DNA of 20,000 bases from an uncultured virus (IMG/VR IMGVR_UViG_3300027828_000031) (Duplodnaviria; Heunggongvirae; Uroviricota; Caudoviricetes), in the IMG/VR virus record IMGVR_UViG_3300027828_000031, one strand, 5' to 3'. The stretch's first letter is position 1. Each line of letters opens with the position of its first letter. The translations under genes were made by a program, and so were the position numbers. The notes under the pieces are model-generated. The model was not told the DNA's origin and searched no databases. It was given only the letters and a program-made list of their open reading frames with translations. This document shows positions 1 to 8,088 of this stretch, in pieces.

Positions 1-1994
1 ACTGTCTTAGGTCCGATACCAGATATAGCTTGCATACCAAATCTAATAATATTCTTATCTGTCATAGTAAACTTGGTTGCACCTGATGATACCAATGGTG
101 ATAATAGATTAATCTGTTCATTATTTCTGGTCATATCTTTAATAACAAGCATCTGTTTCTTTGGTTTATTGCCAACAATCAATGAATTTAATTCTGCTGT
201 ATAAAAACAATCTGCATATTTAGATTTAGCTATTGCACCACGTCTCATATTTTCTGCATATTCAACAGCATGAGCGCGGTTGAATCCATATCTACCAAAC
301 GTTCTGATTTGATCCTTTGCAATTTGAATAATTGAATCTTTTTGCTGTGGAGTTAGACTCTTGGTTGTGAAATTATGTTCCCTAGCCGCATCTCCTAACC
401 ATTCTAATTCACTGTCGATTAGAGCCATATTCTTTTTACCAACTGCCTTACGTAGAATATCTGCACGCCCAAGTGAACATCCTGTCATTTGTCTAACACG
501 ATAAATAATTTGTTCTTGGAATACCATAATACCAAATGTATCTTCTAGATATTCAGCTTCCTCAGGAAAGAGATATACTACCTTATCTTTACCAGATTTA
601 CGGTCGATCAGATGCTGTACCATAGTCTTACCATCAATTTCTGCATCCAAAGGTCCTGGCCTATATAATGCATTTCCCATTATTATATTCAATTGTGATT
701 GCATACCTATTTCTGGTAATAAATCATAATCAACCATTTGTGGTATAAAGCCCATCGATTCTGCTATACTATCTGCATCATAAAGATCTTTCATTAGTTG
801 CGTAAATCCACCAGATTCGCACTGAAATATTGATTTTGTATTTCCATCTCTAAATAACTGTTTTACATCATGATCTCCTAGAGGTGTTGATTTATATGCA
901 AATTCAGGATCATACCAGTGCTGTACTAGCTTCTCTGCGTCAAAATTAACATCTACAGTTCTAAGGCCTAATGCATCCAATTTAAGGTATCCAAAATCTT
1001 CTGCACGCATCATATCAAATTGCATCGCGGTCACATATTTACCACTACTATCTTTATAATAGATTAATGGCACATTTTCGCTCAACACCTTAGGTGATAT
1101 AATAACACCAGCGGCATGGACTGATGGACTCTTCTTGAGACCATATAGTCTCTTGATAACATTTATTACTCTATCGCCATCCCACTTTGATAGGAAAGTG
1201 AATCTTACTGAACATAAAGGATTAGGATCAGTCTTGATTGCGGCAAATTTCTCCATCTGTTCATCGTTTAACATATCAATGAATTTGTCATTATCAAATA
1301 ATTGACCATATGTTTGCTTATCTGCTATAACCTCAATATCTGGATACGATATATTATGTACCGCATTTATAAAATCTTCATTGTCTAGTAATTCTTCAAG
1401 GTCACAGCCTTCACCAAATGTATCTTTGACTTCATCTATGACCACTTCTGCGACTCTGGCTGATTTTAATACGTCACTTACTACTGAATTAGCACCAAAA
1501 GTCTGAAATGTGATTATCTGGGAAACCTTATCTGCACCATTCTTCCATGCAATATAATCTACTACAATATGGCGATAGCGTTGGGATATATCAAAATCAA
1601 TGTCTGGAGGGGCTATTCGTTCTGAGTTTAAGAATCTCTCGAAAATTAGCTTATATTCAATTGGACAAAATTCATGGATACCAATGGCATAACATGCTAT
1701 AGACCCACCCACAGATCCACGGCCTGGTCCTAATGGGATTACTCCATATTCGGGCAATTCATGACCGCGCAACTCACAGAATTCCTTAACACGTTTCTCA
1801 TCTCTACAGAAGTCATGAATGTCCCATACATTTAATATATAATCTTGAAAATTGTTTTCCTCTATAATTACACGTTTTTCGACTTCATATCTCTTAACTA
1901 CTTCATCATTCTGTTGCCAATTCGGTCCGTATTTCTCAACGAATCCCTTCTCGACTATGTGCATCAGGAATCTGCCTTGTTTGTTTATTTCCAT
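1..1994 (-). CDS. dnaE: DNA polymerase III alpha (DnaE) polymerase core lacking the PHP domain; 3' end runs off the window
   Basis: Translated by hand (not in ORF track). ATG at 1994 follows GGAGG at 2007-2003. Frame is open to position 1: MEINKQGRFLMHIVEKG...GPGRGSVGGS...FERFLNSERIAPPDIDFD...HAAGVII...GYLKLDALGLR...ALYRPGP...FQEQ...ADILRKAVGKK...YGFNRAH...IRFGMQAISGIG. All three catalytic Asp are present. Confidence 0.95.
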   Translation of the reverse strand, partial: MEINKQGRFLMHIVEKGFVEKYGPNWQQNDEVVKRYEVEKRVIIEENNFQDYILNVWDIHDFCRDEKRVKEFCELRGHELPEYGVIPLGPGRGSVGGSIACYAIGIHEFCPIEYKLIFERFLNSERIAPPDIDFDISQRYRHIVVDYIAWKNGADKVSQIITFQTFGANSVVSDVLKSARVAEVVIDEVKDTFGEGCDLEELLDNEDFINAVHNISYPDIEVIADKQTYGQLFDNDKFIDMLNDEQMEKFAAIKTDPNPLCSVRFTFLSKWDGDRVINVIKRLYGLKKSPSVHAAGVIISPKVLSENVPLIYYKDSSGKYVTAMQFDMMRAEDFGYLKLDALGLRTVDVNFDAEKLVQHWYDPEFAYKSTPLGDHDVKQLFRDGNTKSIFQCESGGFTQLMKDLYDADSIAESMGFIPQMVDYDLLPEIGMQSQLNIIMGNALYRPGPLDAEIDGKTMVQHLIDRKSGKDKVVYLFPEEAEYLEDTFGIMVFQEQIIYRVRQMTGCSLGRADILRKAVGKKNMALIDSELEWLGDAAREHNFTTKSLTPQQKDSIIQIAKDQIRTFGRYGFNRAHAVEYAENMRRGAIAKSKYADCFYTAELNSLIVGNKPKKQMLVIKDMTRNNEQINLLSPLVSSGATKFTMTDKNIIRFGMQAISGIGPKT

Positions 1995-2595
1995 TCAATT
2001 GTCCTCCGAGTTTGTTAAATATATCATCAATTTTACTGCCAGTACCATCCAATGATGGTTGAATAACTATTGACAAGACATCATCCCCACCTAGCTTTTC
2101 CCATATCGGCTGTAAATGATCAGGCCTGTTGTTATACATTTTCTCCAGCACAACTGTTCGATATCTCTCATGGCTTTGTGCCTGTTTAGTACAATCTGTG
2201 CTAATAGACATATAACCCATAGTCTTTATTGCGAATTCTGAATATTTGATACGCCATTGGTCTAAATCAACCACATCATTATTCTTAACATTCATAATCT
2301 GATTAATCTTGCCACATACCTCACTATATACCTCTTTGGTTGTACACTGAATATGCAAGATCTTGTTTGTTAGGTGTTGCTTCCGTTCTCCGATCTGAAA
2401 GACATTAACGAGTAGGTCTTGTTTGATTGGAACGCCATTTCGCGCTATTGGTGTCGATGGTCGACGCGGTTCTGGTGTTTCAATGTCTGATTCAACCAAT
2501 TGATTTGTCGAGGGTTCTTCTGGTAATTTAATATCTCTAAGATTCACTGTTGGCCTCCGTTTCTTTTTGAACAAACCTGACATTATGTTCATCAT
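1936..2595 (-). CDS. hypothetical protein between the two dnaE halves
   Basis: 219-aa ORF with AAGGAG upstream; basic KKKRR patch and Pro/Glu-rich N-terminus; no recognisable motif. Confidence 0.7.
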   Translation of the reverse strand: MMNIMSGLFKKKRRPTVNLRDIKLPEEPSTNQLVESDIETPEPRRPSTPIARNGVPIKQDLLVNVFQIGERKQHLTNKILHIQCTTKEVYSEVCGKINQIMNVKNNDVVDLDQWRIKYSEFAIKTMGYMSISTDCTKQAQSHERYRTVVLEKMYNNRPDHLQPIWEKLGGDDVLSIVIQPSLDGTGSKIDDIFNKLGGQLNGNKQTRQIPDAHSREGIR

Positions 2596-2836
2596 TATTT
2601 CTCTCCTTATATGGTATTATATCATGTGTTACACCTGTATTGTCAGTAATAGTCAAATATATATCATCAATACTAAATGTTTCACTAGTATCGTCAACGA
2701 TTGCTTCGATTGATTCTCTTAAGCATTTAATATTATTGTCGTTTATTGCCTTACCCTTATATTGCTGTAGCACCGTTCTGATTTCTCCCTCTATATCTCT
2801 ATCGTCCGTTGGTGCTATGGTTATATTTAATCCCAT
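2537..2836 (-). CDS. hypothetical acidic protein between the two dnaE halves
   Basis: 99-aa ORF; GGAGGAG upstream of the ATG; overlaps the PHP gene stop. Confidence 0.65.
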   Translation of the reverse strand: MGLNITIAPTDDRDIEGEIRTVLQQYKGKAINDNNIKCLRESIEAIVDDTSETFSIDDIYLTITDNTGVTHDIIPYKERNNDEHNVRFVQKETEANSES

Positions 2837-3828
2837 TGTTCCACTCCTCCATTCTCAAACCACTCTGGCACACTGAATTTTGGTGTAAAGATTTCCTTTG
2901 ATGGTTTTAACACATTGCCATCACATCTGTTGGCTATAATCATGGTATTTTTAATATATTCATCTTTAAACGATGTTCTCAACTCATTTGCAGACAATAT
3001 ATGATATCCTTTCCCTTTAAAGCCAAATGTATTAGGGTGGTCAGTTTCCTTATTAAAATTGATTGCTAGGAGATTTGCATGTGCATCCATATCATCTTTA
3101 TATCTATAGTGCGCGTCTGTAGCCGCAATAATCGTAATACCCATTGATTCTGCTATGCCTACCTTCTGGTCGTTAACAGTATTCTCATCAGGTATGTCAT
3201 GATTATGATATTCTAATATAAAATCATCACCAAATCTAGACTGGAACCAGTTTAACATTGCCATGGTACCGCCAAAATCTTCCTTGAGTATCATTTGGTC
3301 AACTGGTCCACCAATACAGGCTCCACTCCAGATAATGTCGTCTCCATATTTGTCAATCAATTCCAAATCAATACGTGGCTCATGATAGAATCCTTCATAA
3401 TATGAGTACCACATCAATGAACATAGATTCTGGTAGCCCTTCCAATTCTTCGCCCATGCATTAAGATGATAATATGCCTCACCACGCCTCTCAAATGATT
3501 TATAATGTCTGGAATTAATCATGAGACCATTGTTCCATACCCAATCATCCTGATTATAATCTTGTTTTGGCTGTGCCGCCATATAGAATTCACATCCTAT
3601 AATATGCTTCATCCCAAATGCATAAGCCGCCAGTGCTAAATCACCATGTGCCGACATAACGCCATGATCTGTGGCAGTTATGATGCCATGTCCCCGTTCT
3701 TCTGCTATTTGAATAATATCTTCTTTAACTTTCTTGGGTTCATCATGATCCAGTGTTCTGATCATACCGTCTTTATTAGAATATTCCGTATGTAGATGCA
3801 TATCCACGAAATCAATCTTATTCTCCAT
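2827..3828 (-). CDS. dnaE: stand-alone DnaE PHP domain (N-terminal part of Pol III alpha, likely proofreading exonuclease)
   Basis: HLHTEYS-x2-DG, TDHG, GCEFY, YHL, EPRID, GACIGG, TDAHY, NT-x2-IA-x-RC and PKF-x-VP match the DnaE N-terminus; GGAGG SD upstream. Confidence 0.92.
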   Translation of the reverse strand: MENKIDFVDMHLHTEYSNKDGMIRTLDHDEPKKVKEDIIQIAEERGHGIITATDHGVMSAHGDLALAAYAFGMKHIIGCEFYMAAQPKQDYNQDDWVWNNGLMINSRHYKSFERRGEAYYHLNAWAKNWKGYQNLCSLMWYSYYEGFYHEPRIDLELIDKYGDDIIWSGACIGGPVDQMILKEDFGGTMAMLNWFQSRFGDDFILEYHNHDIPDENTVNDQKVGIAESMGITIIAATDAHYRYKDDMDAHANLLAINFNKETDHPNTFGFKGKGYHILSANELRTSFKDEYIKNTMIIANRCDGNVLKPSKEIFTPKFSVPEWFENGGVEQWD

Positions 3829-4543
3829 ATATTACATCCTCCCAATCTGGCACCGTGTTGTCGATATGGTCATATAACCTTGCTTTCAGTTTCTTCGTGA
3901 GTTGTATTATCCTTTGCTTAGAAATGTCAAGTTCTCTGGCAGTAGTAGTCTGAGCTTTGCCTTCAATAATAGATTTTAGAATATATTCATCTCTTTCACT
4001 TAAATCCATATTATTTACCGCCAGCTTCACTGCTAATAGTACACCCTCAATATGTTTGTCACGCTCATTGTTAATTATTTCTTCTTCTGCTGTAGGATAT
4101 GCTGATTGGTTGTTTACATTTGGATGCCTTCTTGTATATGTTTCGAATGTCTCTTCATTAGACATGTCATCATATTCCTTCATTAATTGGTATCTCTTAT
4201 TATCTTTAACTTTACTTTGATAAATATATCTGACTCTACTGTCCAAGTGTGATTGAATGAAATTATTATATGTGGCTTGTCCATCAATCTCATATTTAAA
4301 TTTAGTATAATGCCACATCCAATATCTAATGTCTGCTAGTATATCATTCCAGCCAATAATCACTGTGCCGTTGTTATACTTAATAGACCATTTCTTGCAG
4401 ATCGTCAATAATAGTGGCTTAAATATATCGAGGAGGAAGGTCATTCCCTCCTCCTCCAAGACAGCATCTCCAGACTGAACCTTGACTACCGCATCATTAA
4501 TATTATCAATTTTTTCGCATTCGCCTCGTTTCAGTCTAGTCAT
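3818..4543 (-). CDS. phage sigma70-family RNA polymerase sigma factor-like protein
   Basis: Region-2-like segment (LLDIFKPLLLTICKKW...ATYNNFIQSHL) and region-4 HTH (LSERDEYIL...TTARELDISKQRIIQL). ATG at 4543 directly after the dut stop is preferred over GTG at 4570. Confidence 0.75.
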   Translation of the reverse strand: MTRLKRGECEKIDNINDAVVKVQSGDAVLEEEGMTFLLDIFKPLLLTICKKWSIKYNNGTVIIGWNDILADIRYWMWHYTKFKYEIDGQATYNNFIQSHLDSRVRYIYQSKVKDNKRYQLMKEYDDMSNEETFETYTRRHPNVNNQSAYPTAEEEIINNERDKHIEGVLLAVKLAVNNMDLSERDEYILKSIIEGKAQTTTARELDISKQRIIQLTKKLKARLYDHIDNTVPDWEDVIYGE

Positions 4544-4544
4544 A

Positions 4545-5063
4545 TTAGTTACCCGTACTTCCGAAGCCACTGCAATTTCGCTGTGTAATGCCTAAATTAT
4601 CATGGCAATTAACTTCTATTATATTTGGTGTACACTTTTTATGAATTACTAATTGTACTAATCTATCACCATGTTTTATCATAATCTTTTTATCACTTAA
4701 ATTTGCAATACAAGCAATCAATTCACCTGTATATCCTTCATCGATTATTGAATCACCAGATATCATTAATTTCTGATTGGTTGATGATCTACATTCTAAT
4801 CTACCATAATAGCCCATAGGCATCCTAACAAATATACCAGTTGGAATGTTGACCATTTGTTTCTTTGGTAACCAGAAGTACGGCATTGTGTCCATACTTG
4901 GTGAAGGCATGATCCCTAATGCAAAACCATCTGCTTGATGGATTCCAATATGCTCTTGTACTATAGATGGCAGATCATAGCCCACATCACCTTGTTTCTT
5001 GACATGTATTAAATCAAATTCTCTAGCCTCTTCCGTTCTGAACACCTTCAAATCTTGCATCAT
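4545..5063 (-). CDS. dut: trimeric dUTPase-family protein
   Basis: Motifs I GDVGYDL, II RSS, III IDEGYTGE, IV GDRLVQLVI, V R-x3-GFGSTG. Confidence 0.9.
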   Translation of the reverse strand: MMQDLKVFRTEEAREFDLIHVKKQGDVGYDLPSIVQEHIGIHQADGFALGIMPSPSMDTMPYFWLPKKQMVNIPTGIFVRMPMGYYGRLECRSSTNQKLMISGDSIIDEGYTGELIACIANLSDKKIMIKHGDRLVQLVIHKKCTPNIIEVNCHDNLGITQRNCSGFGSTGN

Positions 5064-7001
5064 CTATTCCTCCTCATGCCAATCTTTACAGACTCTTAAT
5101 TCTGCATCATAATTTCGTCTAGTTGGGTTCCAACATTCTTCAAATGAATAATACCCTATCACTCGATTCATTGCTGTTTTAATTGGTGCTCCACAATCAG
5201 GGCATTCTCTAGACTGTCCGATTATGTTTGTGTGTCCATTTATACATTTACCTGTTCTAAAACAGATCCCAACATGATTAACACCAGATTGAGCACACAA
5301 TTTAAATAGTTGATACATCATTTTTGCTGAATGCAGTCTATCTTCAAAGTTCAAATGAACAATACCACCACCTGAAATTATGCTCATGAATCTACCTGCG
5401 ATATCAATTCTATCGAAGATATCAACATCAGCAATTAATGGAACATATTGATTACTATAAAGATTGGTTGCTATGTCATATCCAAATGTTCTATCTTTCT
5501 TAACTAGTGTAACACAAGTTTGTTCACCTGGAATTTCTTCAATGTTATAAGCCCAACCATCTTCTTTGCGATATTCCTTTGTCTTTTCACGCATGAATGA
5601 GAATATATCTTGAGCAATCTCGGTGCCGTTATCATCTATGATATCATATCCAAGATATTCTACCATTTCCTTAGCACCCGTAATACCAAATGTTGAGAAC
5701 ATCGTATCCAATGAGAACCAGCCCGTACCGCCGCCTTCACGATCTCCGAAGAACTTGAGATATTTAGGTGTACGATCAATTCTCTTTTGTAAGACATCTA
5801 TTCTATGAATCTTTAATAATCTTCGTGCTGTATCCATTCTGTGTGTTAATAGCTCTTCTATAGACCCCTGACCTGCATTTGAGTCTAATGCTAATCTAGG
5901 TAGATTGATTGTTACTACTCTATGAGATCCAATATTAACCCCGCCATTTCCAAAGCTATCTGGTGACATATCCATATCATCTAGATCATTCTCATATCTA
6001 CAACACATTGCCAACTTGGATTTCTTGCCAAAATGGATATTGAAATTACCCAAATTCATATTGGTTTCTGCCGCCCACTGTGCGAACTCTTCATCGATGA
6101 ATTCTTTCTTATCGCCGATCGTGATGTTCATTGTTACTACTGGAAATCTGTATGGGAATCCAGTAATTGGATCACCATTTTTGAACCACTCACAGAATAT
6201 CTTCTGTAATTCCATGATATAGTCTATATCTGGCTTGCTACCATCAGGATAGAATACGTGACCAAATAGGCTATTTAGGCCAGATTCATCATAAATACCG
6301 AGATTGACGAATGGAGATTCTCCTTCAGATCTTGATGCGTCATTGAAAAGGACAACCAATGATTGATAATCTTGGATGATTTCTTTCCTATGGGCTGGAT
6401 TTCTAGGGTCGAGGTTCTCTTTTTGACAGAAATGTGCATACCACATGAAGAAGTCTGATGGTGCTGTTGCTCCTGCAAATTGTCTTGACATATCTCCAAT
6501 GAGCTTGTCGACCTGTGAGATAAATGATCGTCTGTGCTTCGCTGGTGTATTAATTGATGGTCCATAAGGTCTCCCTTCCACTACCATGCTTGTTAAACTG
6601 AATGCATAGCAATACGGTAGTTGTAATTTCTTGCCGTGTGCGTCATGGAAGTATAATTCTCCGTCCCAAATCGCCGCAATGTCTCTGTTTGCTTGGTCAA
6701 TACCATATCTCTTCACACCATAATACCATAATGTATGATATCCCAATAACTTCATAGGTCCATTCATAAGATGTGCAGAGTATGTTGTTGGATCTTGTAT
6801 TTCTGTAATATTGCTGTTCTGATCTTGATAGACATCTGATAGTCTATTTTGAAAAAATTCTTTACTTGAATTACCGATATCTAATTGATTGGGTGCAATC
6901 CCTGTTAATTTTAGTAGATCTAATCCTTTACTACTTTGTGTATATGAATCATATAATAATTTAAATTCTCTCTCTACAGTAATACCAGCTATTCTTGACA
7001 T
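5064..7001 (-). CDS. nrdD: anaerobic (class III) ribonucleoside-triphosphate reductase
   Basis: LYFHD, PYC, MCCR finger loop, TINLPRLA, Zn ribbon C-x3-H...CPDCG, glycyl-radical loop RVIGY. Start reassigned to ATG 7001 (AAAGGAG upstream); the 7160 start overlaps nrdG. Confidence 0.93.
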   Translation of the reverse strand: MSRIAGITVEREFKLLYDSYTQSSKGLDLLKLTGIAPNQLDIGNSSKEFFQNRLSDVYQDQNSNITEIQDPTTYSAHLMNGPMKLLGYHTLWYYGVKRYGIDQANRDIAAIWDGELYFHDAHGKKLQLPYCYAFSLTSMVVEGRPYGPSINTPAKHRRSFISQVDKLIGDMSRQFAGATAPSDFFMWYAHFCQKENLDPRNPAHRKEIIQDYQSLVVLFNDASRSEGESPFVNLGIYDESGLNSLFGHVFYPDGSKPDIDYIMELQKIFCEWFKNGDPITGFPYRFPVVTMNITIGDKKEFIDEEFAQWAAETNMNLGNFNIHFGKKSKLAMCCRYENDLDDMDMSPDSFGNGGVNIGSHRVVTINLPRLALDSNAGQGSIEELLTHRMDTARRLLKIHRIDVLQKRIDRTPKYLKFFGDREGGGTGWFSLDTMFSTFGITGAKEMVEYLGYDIIDDNGTEIAQDIFSFMREKTKEYRKEDGWAYNIEEIPGEQTCVTLVKKDRTFGYDIATNLYSNQYVPLIADVDIFDRIDIAGRFMSIISGGGIVHLNFEDRLHSAKMMYQLFKLCAQSGVNHVGICFRTGKCINGHTNIIGQSRECPDCGAPIKTAMNRVIGYYSFEECWNPTRRNYDAELRVCKDWHEEE

Positions 7002-7011
7002 ATTTTCTCCT

Positions 7012-7482
7012 TTAATAACGGATCTCATATAGTCCACCGTCACGACCTCTCCTCTTAAAGGCCTTTTGGTTTTCTGATGATGGAAATCCGTCTCTTTTTT
7101 GATTGTGTCTATACATACCATATTTAATAAAATCACATATATTTTCAAGATTTGTTCCAATTGATATACGTGTATATCCAGTATATAATGCTATGTTTCT
7201 TTTATAGATATTTCTGAGTTCTGATGCTAGCAGAAATAGATCAGCATATGATTGGTCAAGTGGTTCTCCGCCTAGAAATACTATCCAATCATTATCGGCA
7301 ATATTTACAGTCTTTACAATATCATCTATTGACATCTCAATGCCATCAAATGATTGTAGTTCTGGATTTTGGCAATCTTTACATCCAATATTGCATCCCT
7401 GAAACCATATTGTAGTTACTGCTTCATCCGTGAATGGTTTACCGTTAGTTATATCGAATTTATCTATTCTCGCTATCTTCAT
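7012..7482 (-). CDS. nrdG: anaerobic RNR activating enzyme (radical SAM)
   Basis: FQGCNIGCKDCQNPE (CxxxCxxC), LGGEPL, LYTGY, SSENQ; adjacent to nrdD. Confidence 0.93.
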   Translation of the reverse strand: MKIARIDKFDITNGKPFTDEAVTTIWFQGCNIGCKDCQNPELQSFDGIEMSIDDIVKTVNIADNDWIVFLGGEPLDQSYADLFLLASELRNIYKRNIALYTGYTRISIGTNLENICDFIKYGMYRHNQKRDGFPSSENQKAFKRRGRDGGLYEIRY

Positions 7483-8006
7483 TGGATTGCCTTCTTTATA
7501 TCAAATACAACATCTTGTAATGCCTGATTTCCATTGACTACGATCTTTGGTGAGATTTGTCTGATCATCGGCAATGTGACTTCATTATATTTCTCAAATC
7601 TGTTAACAATGATTGATAGTATATCATCATTTCTTTTTCTTTGTGATAGTCGATATCCGCAGACCTCCAGATCTGTGTCAACCAAGATAATAATTGGCTC
7701 TGAATTTGTAATGCTCTTTAAGAACAGATATTGATCATAGAATCTTGGAAATCCATCTAATACTATCATATTAGCTGTATTGGATGCCGCCACTATTTTA
7801 GTCTGTATCTGTGTTCTCATCGCCATTTCATTTGCTAGTCCGCCTCTAGCAAGACTATCCGCTGTATTTGTGTCGATTTTTGCTAATTCTCTTGCAATAT
7901 CACCTGATGATATGTAAATTCCTCCAAGGTCTGTTGAGAGTTGTCTGCCTATGGCTGATTTACCTGATCCAGGTGGTCCTACAATTACTAAAACTTGTGT
8001 ATTCAT
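7479..8006 (-). CDS. adk: adenylate kinase-family (deoxy)nucleoside monophosphate kinase, short LID
   Basis: P-loop GPPGSGKS, ISSGDIAR, LDGFPR, R-x-DD; substrate uncertain. Confidence 0.85.
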   Translation of the reverse strand: MNTQVLVIVGPPGSGKSAIGRQLSTDLGGIYISSGDIARELAKIDTNTADSLARGGLANEMAMRTQIQTKIVAASNTANMIVLDGFPRFYDQYLFLKSITNSEPIIILVDTDLEVCGYRLSQRKRNDDILSIIVNRFEKYNEVTLPMIRQISPKIVVNGNQALQDVVFDIKKAIQ

Positions 8007-8040
8007 AATTACTTGCTCCTTTCAAAATCGCCGCATAGTT

Positions 8041-8069
8041 GTTATAGTGTTTGAGCCAGCCATCGTAAA
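8041..8069 (-). promoter_or_regulatory. candidate sigma70/sigmaA-type promoter for the kinase-nrdG-nrdD-dut-sigma-dnaE block
   Basis: Minus strand TTTACG (8069-8064), 17-nt spacer, TATAAC (8046-8041), within one of the few intergenic gaps. Confidence 0.45.
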
Positions 8070-8083
8070 GTGATGACCGGCCC
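8053..8083 (-). other. RNA stem-loop downstream of the primase-helicase gene
   Basis: GGGCCGGTCATC-ACTTTAC-GATGGCTGGCTC: 12-bp stem with 3 G-U pairs that pairs fully only on the minus transcript; no U-tract. Confidence 0.55.
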
Positions 8084-8088
8084 GTAAA

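Noticed and set aside
1994..2850. Split intein or group I/II intron explaining the dnaE break
   Set aside because: No intein N-terminal Cys block or His-Asn/Cys junction; the gap is fully occupied by SD-bearing ORFs, leaving no room for a ribozyme core. Not formally excluded without RT-PCR.
7002..7160. 53-aa N-terminal extension of NrdD in the ORF track
   Set aside because: Overlaps nrdG in another frame; a clear SD precedes ATG 7001.
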